64,000 bases of DNA from Macrostomum lignano (Eukaryota), in contig NIVC01002797.1 of the NCBI GenBank assembly GCA_002269645.1, positions 8,430-72,429 on the forward strand, in the 5' to 3' direction. Made by a program: the position numbers and the translations under genes. Shown here in pieces: positions 53,810 to 64,000 of the stretch. Every line of letters begins with the position of its first letter. Positions within the stretch are counted from its first letter, which is position 1. Under the pieces are notes generated by a model. That model was not told where the DNA came from. It saw nothing but the letters and a program-made list of their open reading frames with translations, and searched no databases.

Positions 53810-54400
53810 TCGACTTGGCAACCTTCCAGTCTACAATCATCCAATCGGAAACTCTCCTGTCTACAATCATCCACTCGGCAACCTTCCAGTCTATAGTCAT
53901 CCAATCGGCAACCTTCCAGTCTATAGTCATCCAATCGGCAACCTTCCAGTCTATAGTCATCCAATCGGCAACCTTCCAGTCTCCAGTCCTCCACTCGGCA
54001 ACCTTCCAGTCTATAGTCATCCAATCGGCAACTTTCCTGTCTACAATCATCCACTCGGCAACCTTCCAGTCTATAGTCATCCAATCGGCAACCTTCCAGT
54101 CTCCAGTCCTCCACTCGGCAACCTTCCAGTCTATAGTCATCCAATCGGCAACTTTCCTGTCTACAATCATCCACTCGGCAACCTTCCAGTCTATAGTCAT
54201 CCAATCGGCAACCTTCCAGTCTCCAGTCCTCCACTCGGCAACCTTCCAGTCTACAATCCTCAACTCGGCAACCTTCCAGTCTATAGTCATCCAATCGGCA
54301 ACCTTCCAGTCTCCAGTCCTCCACTCGGCAACCTTCCAGTCTATAGTCATCCAATCGGCAACTTTCCTGTCTACAATCATCCACTCGGCAACCTTCCAGT
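53810..54400. repeat. 30-bp minisatellite GGCAACCTTCCAGTCTATAGTCATCCAATC
   Basis: About 20 tandem copies between the divergent C2orf50-like and CLCA-like starts. Confidence 0.95.
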
Positions 54401-54864
54401 AGACGAAAATCTTCATCCAGAAACCAATCCAATTTCTAGCATGTACCGTCCCCATCAAAAAGAGCTCAGCCCCTGCCTGAGCAATATTCGACATAGTACA
54501 AGCATTCCGTCAGTTCAAAGCAGGATGGAATCTAAAAAAAACGAAAAGTTGAACTCCCGCGGACAAGAATTTCTAGATAAGCAATGATGTACACTCCTAC
54601 CATCATTGGTTTAGCAATACTCTCTATCTAGGAATGTTAAATTGCCTGCAGGAAAAATTGAAAGTCTCAGAGCCAACTACTGCTGACTTTGTACGCTTTT
54701 TGTTTTAAAAATAAAATTCTTATCAATTCAAATTTGTGGTTGCTCAAGCTTGCAACACACTTGAGAACATTTATTATCTTTAGTAGCTGCAGATATTTGA
54801 GACCATTGGTCTGCCTGAAAATATCATACTGCACCTGTCAGTTTGAAGTCTTCTGCTATTTCTG

Positions 54865-57800
54865 ATGAAGCTCATGAATTGTGAATTGATTTGGATTATT
54901 CTATCAGCGCTGCTGTGCTGCGGTCAGCTGGGATCATCCGGCATTGAATTGGGATCGGACGGCCGATTCAGCGGTATTCGAGTGTCCATCGATTCTGGCG
55001 TACCTGTCAACAGGACTGCGTTAGGGAAGCTGAAGGTGAGTGAGGAATGCGATTCTATGCAAATGACTGATGTAGATAATTAGGTAAATAGTATACGAAG
55101 ATTAATTAGTCTGTTTAGGTTTTGTTACGAGTTGAGGTGGCTACGTGAGGTAGGCTATGTGAGGTAGGCTAGGTGGGGTAGTGTATGTGCGATGGACTAA
55201 TGGTGGAGGTGGGGTGGCCTGAAGGTAGGTGGGCTGAAGATGAGGTGAGCTGAAATTGCAGTGAGCTGAAGGTGGGTGGTCTGAAAGTGCAGTGAGCTGA
55301 AGGTGCGGTGAGCTGAAGGTGGGTGGTCTGAAAGTGCAGTAAGCTGAAGGTGCGGTGAGCTGAAGGTGCGGTGAGCTGAAGGTGCGGTGAGCTGAAGGTG
55401 CGGTGAGGTGAAGGTGCGGTGAGCTGAAGGTGCGGTGAGGTGAAGGTGCGGTGAGCTGAAGGTGCGGTGAGCTGAAGGTGCGGTGAGCTGAAGGTGCGGT
55501 GAGCTGAAGGTGCGGTGAGCTGAAGGTGCGGTGAGGTGAAGGTGCGGTGAGCTGAAGGTGCTGTGAGCTGAAGGTGCGGTGAGCTGAAGGTGCGGTGAGC
55601 TGAAGGTGCGGTGAGCTGAAGGTGCGGTGAGCTGAAGGTGCGGTGAGGTGAAGGTGCGGTGAGCTGAAGGTGCTGTGAGCTGAAGGTGCGGTGAGCTGAA
55701 GGTGCTGTGAGCTGAAGGTGCTGTGAGCTGAAGGTGCGGTGAGCTGAAGGTGCTGTGAGCTGAAGGTGCGGTGAGCTGAAGGTGCGACGGGCTGTGCACT
55801 GAATAACAGAATCCAAATCAAAAAATTGTTCCAGACAGCATTTCAGCTGGCTTCGGAACTTTTGGCCGTGGCCACGAAGCCCGTAATGAACGGCAGGAAG
55901 TCTTACGCGTTCGGCTCGGTGAAATTTCTGCTTCCGGACAGCTGGAGCAGCGCCGGATTGCCGAGTCGCTTTGGAATCAGTGGCAGGCAGGACGAGTTGG
56001 CGCACTTCCGGGTGCACAACGCACAGGATGGGAGCCAGGAGCCGTGGACGCCTCAGCCGTTGGGCTGCGGGAAGCCCGGCCTGTTCACCCTGCTGCCCTG
56101 GCCGGCTGTGACTGCGCTGGACGAGGAGACTCGTGAGTGGCGAGACTTGCTCTCGATCTCGTACACCTTACGTTTCAATCGCATCTCAGGACTCAGTCTC
56201 ACCTTAGGACTCAGTCTCAACTTTGAGCTGTCAATCTCACCTTAGGACTCGATCTCACCTTAGGACTCGATCTCACCTTAAAGACTCGATCTCACCTTAG
56301 GACTCAATCTCACCTTAGGACTCGATCTCTCACCTTAAGGACTCCATCTCACCTTAGGACCCAGTCTTACCTTAGGACTCCAAGTCTCATCTTTGAGCTC
56401 TCAATCTCACCTTAGGACTCCATCGCACCGTAGGACTCAATCTCACCTTCGGACTCGATCTCCCCTCAGGACTCAATCTCACCTTAGGACTCGATCTCAC
56501 CTTGGGACTCAATTTCTGAGTGTCTGCCACAGCGAGCTACAGGGAAGCGGGTTTTCTTTTGTTTCAGTCAGCCGCGTCATCCTGCGCGAGTTCAGCCGGC
56601 TCCGCTGGGGCGCATTCGCCGAGTTCAACGGGCACGCCGGGCCGCACGGCTACGTGAGCGGCAACCGGCTTCACCCGGTGCGCTGCTCGGCCGCCCTGAG
56701 CGGCATATTCGCTCACAACGAGACCTACGGCAGGTGCAAAATCGACCGGGAGACGCTGACTTTGGAGCCTAACTGTAGATTCTTTCTATACCCCGATCAG
56801 CCCACAGCCGAGGCGTCGCTTATGTACACCGTCTACATTGGCGCGGTGCGGCACTTCTGCGCCAGCGTCGGCCAAAGCGGCCTGGCGCACAACCCGGACG
56901 CGCCGAACCCGCACTACCGGCACTGCCCGGCCGGAGCCAGCGTGCGAGACGTGCTAGCGGGCCACGAAGACTTCCGGTTCGGGCCGGAGATAACTGACCC
57001 GGACACGAAGATCAACTTTACGGAGGTGACGCCGATAATCGATCGTCGACTTGTCGTAGTCATGGACGTGTCGCGGAGCATGCGGGTAAAATCGCTGGGA
57101 AAAGGCCTTTTTAAGCACGCTCGTACTTATACATGAGGGTTGCAGGTTGCAGGCACCCTGGCCTGGCGCAACTCCTTCGACGACATTGTCCCATAAAAAT
57201 GTTGAGGCAATTCTGCCCATTCCGCTGGCTCCTGAGCACAATACAAGCGCGCCAATGCTGTACGCGGCACAGCACTCATGCACACGCTAACACACTCTTT
57301 GTGCCTTGTGGGTTGGTCCTCATCGGTGTGAATCGGCCAATTTTAGACAATTGCTTTTGGCCATAACAGTCACGTATTGCCATTTGAAAGTGACAAAGAC
57401 TCTTCTATTCATCCAAATGCTACGGGCTGCACAATATTGCATAGAATTGTTCAGTCATTCTATCTTTTATGCGTGCTTGCCATGCTTAGAAGTGAAATCG
57501 CTTACTAATTAGTAGAAATTCAAGGATAGGAATTGAATACCTTGTCGTTCATGCAGAACTCGCGGCTCTTAAAACAAAGAAGAGCAGCTGAACCAGAAGA
57601 ACCAGCAAAAGTGCCCAATCTACTAAAATGCGACTCACCAAAGATCTCCCAAGGTCTATCCAGCTGAGGATGAATGCTACTGAATGGATCCTGGGAACCA
57701 GTACATCAAAATCAGACCCTCATATCGGTTACTTTCACTTCAGGGCCAACCGTTGGACAAGATGAAGCAGTCGATGCAGAACCTGTTGAGCCAGCAGCTG

Positions 57801-60800
57801 GCAGACGATGTGCAATGCGCCCTGATCTCATACTCCACGTCTGTGCACATACTGGCACCGCTCAGGCAGCTCAACAGCTCGGAGGCTCGGCAAGCTCATT
57901 GGGGGCTGGTGAGGAGTCTGACTGCAAGCGGCGTCACCGCCACAGGCGATGCGATGGCAGCTGCCCTGGAGGTAAAAACATTACAATGGCATTGACGACG
58001 GGCCTGCAGCTCTTGCTGAGATTTACTCGTATGATCATGCGTAACTCGATTCCATCTCTATTTTTCGATTTAATGCTAGACGAATTTCATTTCTTATTTA
58101 AGTCCAGATTTTAAGGCGATCCAGATATTTACGATCCGTACTCCAAAATGCACGAAATTTAAATCGATTTTATTAAGGCAGTTTCATAAACAACAACAAC
58201 AATACAAGATACTGTTAAAATGTTTCAAGTGAAAAAAGATAGAACGGTCACCAAATATGTGCCGTTGCGCTGTCGACTGAATGCAGCCAGCAGGCAGTCG
58301 ACGAAATGCCGAGTGTGCACCTGTCCTCGCCGGTAGGGTGCCTGCAGCGTCAGCAACAGCATCCCCTGCACCAGCTGCTGGCAGTACAACTCGGCGGGGA
58401 TGATGCGACCTGCTAGCTGGAGTCGCCGACGGTGCTTGGACGGACTAGACCGGCGGTACTTCACACTCGCAGCCAGCCAAGTCTTATTGGCCTTCAAAAC
58501 TTTCTCTCTAAGCCTCTTGGGATTCCTACTTAATTATATTGAAGATGTGATCTCCCCTTCATCTCCCACCGCAGCTGCTCGGCTGCAACCTGACTCAGCC
58601 GTCCCGTTCCAACACCGGCCAAGTCCTGCTGATCACCGATGGCGAGGAGAACCACCAGTTGCGCTACAGCCTGAGCGACATCGTCCGGATCGCTGCTCAG
58701 ACGTCCGTGACTGTGGACACTGTGGCCTTCGGCCGGCTGGCCGACACTCGTCTAGCCCGACTGTCCGCAACTACTGGAGGCACAGCGCACTTCTCCAGAT
58801 TCCTGGGCCCCGTTAACGATATGGTGGAGAGTCTCGGACAGGTGGCCGGCCGAATGGCCGACAGTCCGGATGCCTGGGTCAACGTGAGTACTAGCCGCCA
58901 GTAGCAGAGATGGCCAGTAGCCAGTGGCCAGTAGCCAGTAGCCAGTAGCCAGTGGCCAGTAGCCAGTAGCCAGTGGCCAGTAGCCAGTAGCCAGTGGCCA
59001 GTAGCCAGTAGCCAGTAGCCAGGAGCCAGTGGCGAGTAGCCAGTAGCCAGTGGCCAGTAGCCAGTAGCCAGTCTGATTCCAGCCTTCACAATGCCCTTTC
59101 CACACAGCTGATTTCAAGCCAGCTCCGAAGCAGCCGCAACGCCACACCAGCGGCGCTCAGTTTTACCGTCGACTCTTCGGTGAGCGGCGCCGGTCTGCAG
59201 GCTTTCGTTATTGGCGCAGTCAGGCCGGCGCGGGTTCTGCTGCACCTGGCGCCAGTTGGCGACGCCCTCGACGCTGCAGTCGAGGAGGATCTGCAAGGCG
59301 ATGTGCAACTGGGCAGCGGGCTGCTGCGGCTGAAAGGAAGAATTCGGGTGAGGAGCGACTCACCGTGCTGCTCAGCTCACAGGCTAGTCTAGCAATCCAT
59401 TCTGTTCCTAAATCTAAAGATAGCCTTAGACTCTAGAATTATCTGTCAAACATAAGAGACTCATGGGGGAATTTCTAAGACGTCAAGGTTCATGGAGGGA
59501 ATTGCTGAGATTTCAAGGCTCATGAGGGAATCGATGAGATGCGAAGGCTCATGGGGAATTGCTGAGATGTCAAGGCTTATGGGGAATCCATTGATTAGAC
59601 TAGCAATCCATTAAGCTGTTTATCGAGTAGTTTATAGAATTACGGTATTAAAAGTACAAGATAATTACTCTAAGTAGCTTAACAAGCTGTAAACGCTGTA
59701 CATTATCACTGTTAATCTGGGCAGGTAACTCGAAATCTAGTGTATTAACCAGAATGATTTTGATAAGCTTTCTACTCTCTATCCACCTATGCATGCACAA
59801 CGCATTTCTGCCATAATTCAAGCCTTTAAATGCGGATAATTGCAGGAATTCCTATAGCAATGGCGTTGGAATGCAGCAAAAATTATTGCTTCTGCTATAC
59901 AGCCTGTCCCCTGTTCTTCCCAGCTTCACTTTTTATCATCATCGCAAGCATAAACTCGGACGGCCCAGGGCCGTTCCTTATCGAATTTGCAAGAACAGCC
60001 ATATTTGCTGGCAATTATGATTATTTACCGAAACTCCTGCAGTTTTCACATGCAAATCTTCTACCTGATAGCTATAGAAATTCTCGTTCAAGCGGTTGCT
60101 CGCCGTCTGCGGCCACACAAAAAGTGCATCGTGTCCTTACTAAATAGGCCTTCAGGTTCCTATAGCAACCATTTCCCATGACTTTGAAGTCCCAGCTCCT
60201 TGAAGAGTCAAGAGCATCTTTTAGCACGGGGCTCTGATCTCTGATTCTCTCTGGCGGTAAACCCATGCGGTCCCGTGAGAGTTGAGATCAGGTTGGCTGT
60301 GGTCTTGGGTTGGGAGTCGCAATGCCCTCCTTAGTCCTCGGGTTCGATGCCACAATAATTTTAGACTCGGAGACTGGCCCACACCGCCAAGGCACAGAGA
60401 TTGTACACATGCGTGACGACGAGAAAGTGAGAGCCACTGTCCACCCTGTGTGAGCGTGTGCCCGCGTACTTTTTCAACTCAGCCTCCTTGCAAACTTTTC
60501 ATGCTGACGGAGTAGAGCCCAAAAGCTTTATTTTCATGCTTAATCTCAGCTCAACCAGCTTGAACTCTTTTCCAACCGAACTCCAACGCAGCCGGGCCGG
60601 TGGAAGCTGTACGTGTCTGTGTTGCCCACTGCCAGCCAATCGGAGGCCGCCACGTCACTCTACCATTCTGTCCTGATCTCGGGCCAGCCGGCCGCCTCTG
60701 ATTGGCCGCCAGTCAGACTAACCGGCTTTCTCAGCCAATTGGAGGCGAGGCTCGACTCGAGCAGCCGGCATTCGGTGCACGCGTACTTGCACCGCGGCTC

Positions 60801-63269
60801 CGCTGACGGATTCGTGCGTCCGGCCGAGCTCTGGGCCAGCGTCGAATCTGACGATGGCACCGTCGCCAACTTTCAGCTGTTCGATCACGGAGCTGGTGAG
60901 TGAAATCTGTGCAGCCTGGAGATTTTGCAAAGATTATTGATTTTTGAACAGCTCTGAACGGGGTTTCGCCATAGACAAATAAGATTGGAGCAACTGAAAA
61001 GCCACCGATGCCATTTTATTAAAACGGTAGCATTATTTGTACACGAAGACAGTTTTCCTCACGTTTCACAGTCAATATCGTCTGCCTTGCAGTCGTCTGT
61101 TAGCGCAAATCGTAAAGCCAAACTCCGTGCACCTGTTGTCAGGCGCTGACGTGTCACCCAACGATGGCATTTATTCTGCCTACCTGCCGCTGCACCGGAT
61201 GTCCGGGCCGCCGCAGGACTACAGCGTCCGCCTGCGGAGCCTCAGCCCAGTTGACCGAGTCGCCTCCGCTGGCAAGTTCACCGTCACCGCGGTCGACTCA
61301 GTCGATTTGGCCCGTCTGCCGCCGACTCGCGTGACCGACTTCGGCTGCACTGTCAATGCCACCAGCGGCCGGCTGCGGATGCGCTGGACCTCCGTTGGCG
61401 ACCAGCTGGACAGTGGCGCTGGTGGGTTCTGTGTGGATTGCGCATGGCTGCTGATTGGGCATTGTGTGTCTCAGTAGTCTCAGTAGTCATTTGTCTTTCG
61501 TGTCTGCGTGCCCTTCGATTCTACCTTGAAATTCTACTCTTACTTTTACCTCTATTTGTGTTGAAAACTTTTTTCCGATGGTGTCTCCAGTGTTTGTGTT
61601 GTCGGGCTGTATTCCTTTTATGTCTTCAAGAATTTTCTTCTGTGTCCTATTATGTGTCTTTACCATGTGTCTTCCGGTCTTCCAATTGTTTCTTTCTGTG
61701 TTCTCGAGTCTTCCAGTTGTGTCTTCAGTGTGTATTTCTGTGTTCTCGAGTCTTCCAGTTGTGTCTTTAGTATGTGTCCTCCGGTCTTCCATTTTTTCCA
61801 AGGACTACTTAAGTAGATATATACGTTACTTTAGTCATCCTTGATTTTGTCTTTATGTATTCTCCATTCTTCGAATTGTGTCTTTAATGTGTGTTCTCCG
61901 GTCTTCCAATTGTGTCTTTATTTTGTCTTCCGGTCTTTCAATTGTGTCTTTAATTTGTGTCTTCCGTCTTCCAATTGTGTCTTTAATTTGTCTTCCGTCT
62001 TCCAATTGTGTCTTTAATTTGTCTTCCGGTCTTCCAATTGTGTCTTTAATTTGTCTTCCGGTCTTTCAATTGTGTCTTTAATTTGTGTCTTCCGTCTTCC
62101 AATTGTGTCTTTAATTTGTCTTCCGGTCTTCCAATTGTGTCTTTAATGTGTCTTCCGTCTTCCAATTGTGTCTTTATTTTGTCTTCCGGTCTTTCAATTG
62201 TGTCTTTAATTTGTGTCTTCCGTCTTCCAATTGTGTCTTTAATTTGTCTTCTAGTCTTCCAATTGTGTCTTTAATTTGTGTTCCTCGGTCTTCCAATTGT
62301 GTCTTTAATATGTGTCTTCCGGTCTTCCAATTGTGTCTTTAATATGTGTCCTCCAGTCTTCCAATTGTGTCTTGAATATGTATCTGATTGTATCCGCCTG
62401 CCATCTCTCCAGCAAGCCGCTACTTGATTCGAGCATCCGCCAACCGCAGCCTGCTGGAGCTCGACTTCGCATCAGCAGACGACGTAGGGGCGGCCGCCCA
62501 GCTGCCCTCGGTGCCCTCCGGGCAGCCCATGACGCTGGAAGTTGCAGCTGCCGACGAGCTGCCCAGCTACCCATCCGTCACATTCTACCTGGCAGTGCGG
62601 GCCAACAACTCAGCAGGCGTGCTCAGCCAGCTGTCCAATGTGGCTGCCGTGCAGCTGACCATGCCCGACAATCTGGCTGAGATTGGCGTCGACGTTGGGG
62701 GCGAAAGCTCAACATCTAGCACAGAATCCAGCACGACATCTAGCTCAGAATCCAGCACGGCATCTAGTACAGAATCCAGCACGACATCTAGCACAGAATC
62801 CAGCACGACATCTAGTACAGAATCCAGCACGACATCTAGCTCAGAATCCAGCACGGCATCTACTACAGAATCCAGCACGAAATCTAGCTCAGAATCCAGC
62901 ACGACATCTAGCTCAGAATCCAGCACGACATCTAGCTCAGAATCCAGCACGACATCTAGCTCAGAATCCAGCACGGCATCTACTACAGAATCCAGCACGA
63001 CATCTAGCTCAGAATCCAGCACGGCATCTACTCCAAAATCCCACACGACATCTAGCTCAGAATCCAGCACGACATCTAGCTCAGAATCCAGCACGGCATC
63101 TACTCCAAAATCCCACACGACATCTAGCTCAGAATCCAGCACGACATCTAGCTCAGAATCCAGCACGACATCTAGCTCAGAATCCAGCACGACATCTAGC
63201 ACAGAATCCAGCACGACAACAGGGCTGGATTCTAGTAAACACAGTCAGAGTTGGTGTCATACATGGTAA
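54865..63269 (+). CDS. CLCA: CLCA-family (calcium-activated chloride channel regulator-like) protein; exons 54865-55035, 55835-56132, 56568-57085, 57744-57971, 58575-58883, 59108-59347, 60592-60895, 61143-61421, 62413-~63265
   Basis: Signal peptide; FLLPDSW; PWTPQPLGCGKPG; LRWGAF; VWA domain VVVMDVSRSM...VLLITDGEEN; LFDHGAGADVSPNDGIYSAY; LRMRWTSVGDQLDSG; SRYLIR; FYLAVRA...SQLSNVA. All eight introns are GT-AG with consistent phases. The 3' end is uncertain. Confidence 0.9.
55240..55790. repeat. Intronic 16-bp minisatellite GGTGAGCTGAAGGTGC
   Basis: Tandem copies in CLCA intron 1. Confidence 0.95.
56180..56515. repeat. Intronic 18-bp minisatellite CTCACCTTAGGACTCGAT
   Basis: Tandem copies in CLCA intron 2. 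Confidence 0.9.
58895..59072. repeat. Intronic heptamer repeat CCAGT(A/G)G
   Basis: Tandem copies in CLCA intron 5. Confidence 0.95.
61850..62375. repeat. Intronic ~30-32-bp repeat TCTTCCAATTGTGTCTTTAATTTG(TG)TCTTCCG(G)
   Basis: Tandem copies in CLCA intron 8, ending just before the acceptor. Confidence 0.9.
62704..63220 (+). repeat. Coding 24-bp repeat encoding STTSSSES-type Ser/Thr units (mucin-like)
   Basis: About 21 units in frame with the last CLCA exon. No strong donor precedes it. Confidence 0.75.
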
Positions 63270-64000
63270 TTGTTTTGGCCCTAATTTTCGCACCTTCAAT
63301 TGCAGCATTATTAGGGTCGTTCTTACTGTTTGTTCACTCGAAACTCCCGAGCAGAAGCCTTCATCTACGCAATAAAAAAGTATATCCAATCTGATTGCTA
63401 CCTGATCATGGGATTCCTAAACTCACTATATTTTTTCTAGTCTGTATGTTTGTAAATAAAAGTGAATATTTTACTGAACCGTTTCTCGAAGTGCGAAAGC
63501 TCCGCAGAAAATCCAAAAGTCTGCCATGTCAGAAGTGAAAAAAATCTATCAGACAGACCCGATTATTTAAATTTTACTATTCTTTAACTGTATCCTTGTT
63601 TTGTATTTGGAAGTCCTTTGTAGTGATCCGCTAGTTGATGTTAGGCGTCCCGCTTTGTCAGCAGTCTCCCTCGCCCTCGCCTGGTTGCTGTCTGCCGCTG
63701 TCAGCTTCCCACCCCCTTGGCCCGTCTGTTGCTCCCCTTGGCCTGTTCTGCCCTTCTGCGTCTCTGTTCTCAGCCTCAGCTCTTCTGGTGGTCTGTCTCT
63801 GTTTCGTTCCCGTCCGTTTTCCTCTGTCATGTGAGCAAGTCACATGACAGACTCTGCGTTCTTCGAGTCCTAAAGTGCAGTAAACATGTTTACTGCACTC
63901 GTTGGCCTGTTTACGGGAGAATCACGTGCTTTCGGACCCCTCCCTTCTCTAAGGAGAGGAGTGACTCATGTTGCTAAAAATAGCAACTGAGTCACAGCCG

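Noticed and set aside
55141-56017. Long TAPSAHRTFSSPHLQL ORFs; similarly 10483-11554, 16043-16735, 27612-28252, 58697-59147
   Set aside because: They are read-throughs of intronic or element minisatellites bounded by canonical splice sites of the real genes.
59830-60450. GC-balanced intronic segment with short ORFs, possibly a transposon remnant
   Set aside because: No recognisable motif, terminus or TSD could be found in any frame.

Overview
Eukaryotic (animal) genomic DNA: spliced genes with GC-rich exons, AT-rich introns full of minisatellites, and TTAGGG tracts. The style suggests a flatworm such as Macrostomum, but that is inference. Four host genes are reconstructed exon by exon: the last three exons of ARFGEF3/BIG3 (+, 9155-11718), a complete JNK MAP kinase (-, 14464-17311), a small C2orf50/CIMIP5-like gene with a GC-AG intron (-, 52378-53095), and a CLCA-family gene (+, 54865 to >=63265). 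The CLCA protein has lost its HExxH zinc motif and carries a Ser/Thr mucin-like repeat. The first 9 kb holds decayed transposons: a CACTA/EnSpm element with an F-box/LRR gene inside its terminus and in frame with the transposase, a P-element transposase, and a LINE. Bases 23229-52084 are a ~29 kb head-to-tail chain of about 13 non-autonomous Helitron-like units (A|TC...hairpin-CTAG|T). These units carry tRNA-derived heads, several satellites at different stages of expansion, and telomeric repeats. Most ORFs in the supplied track are read-throughs of tandem repeats. All family assignments are by-eye motif recognition; no searches were run.
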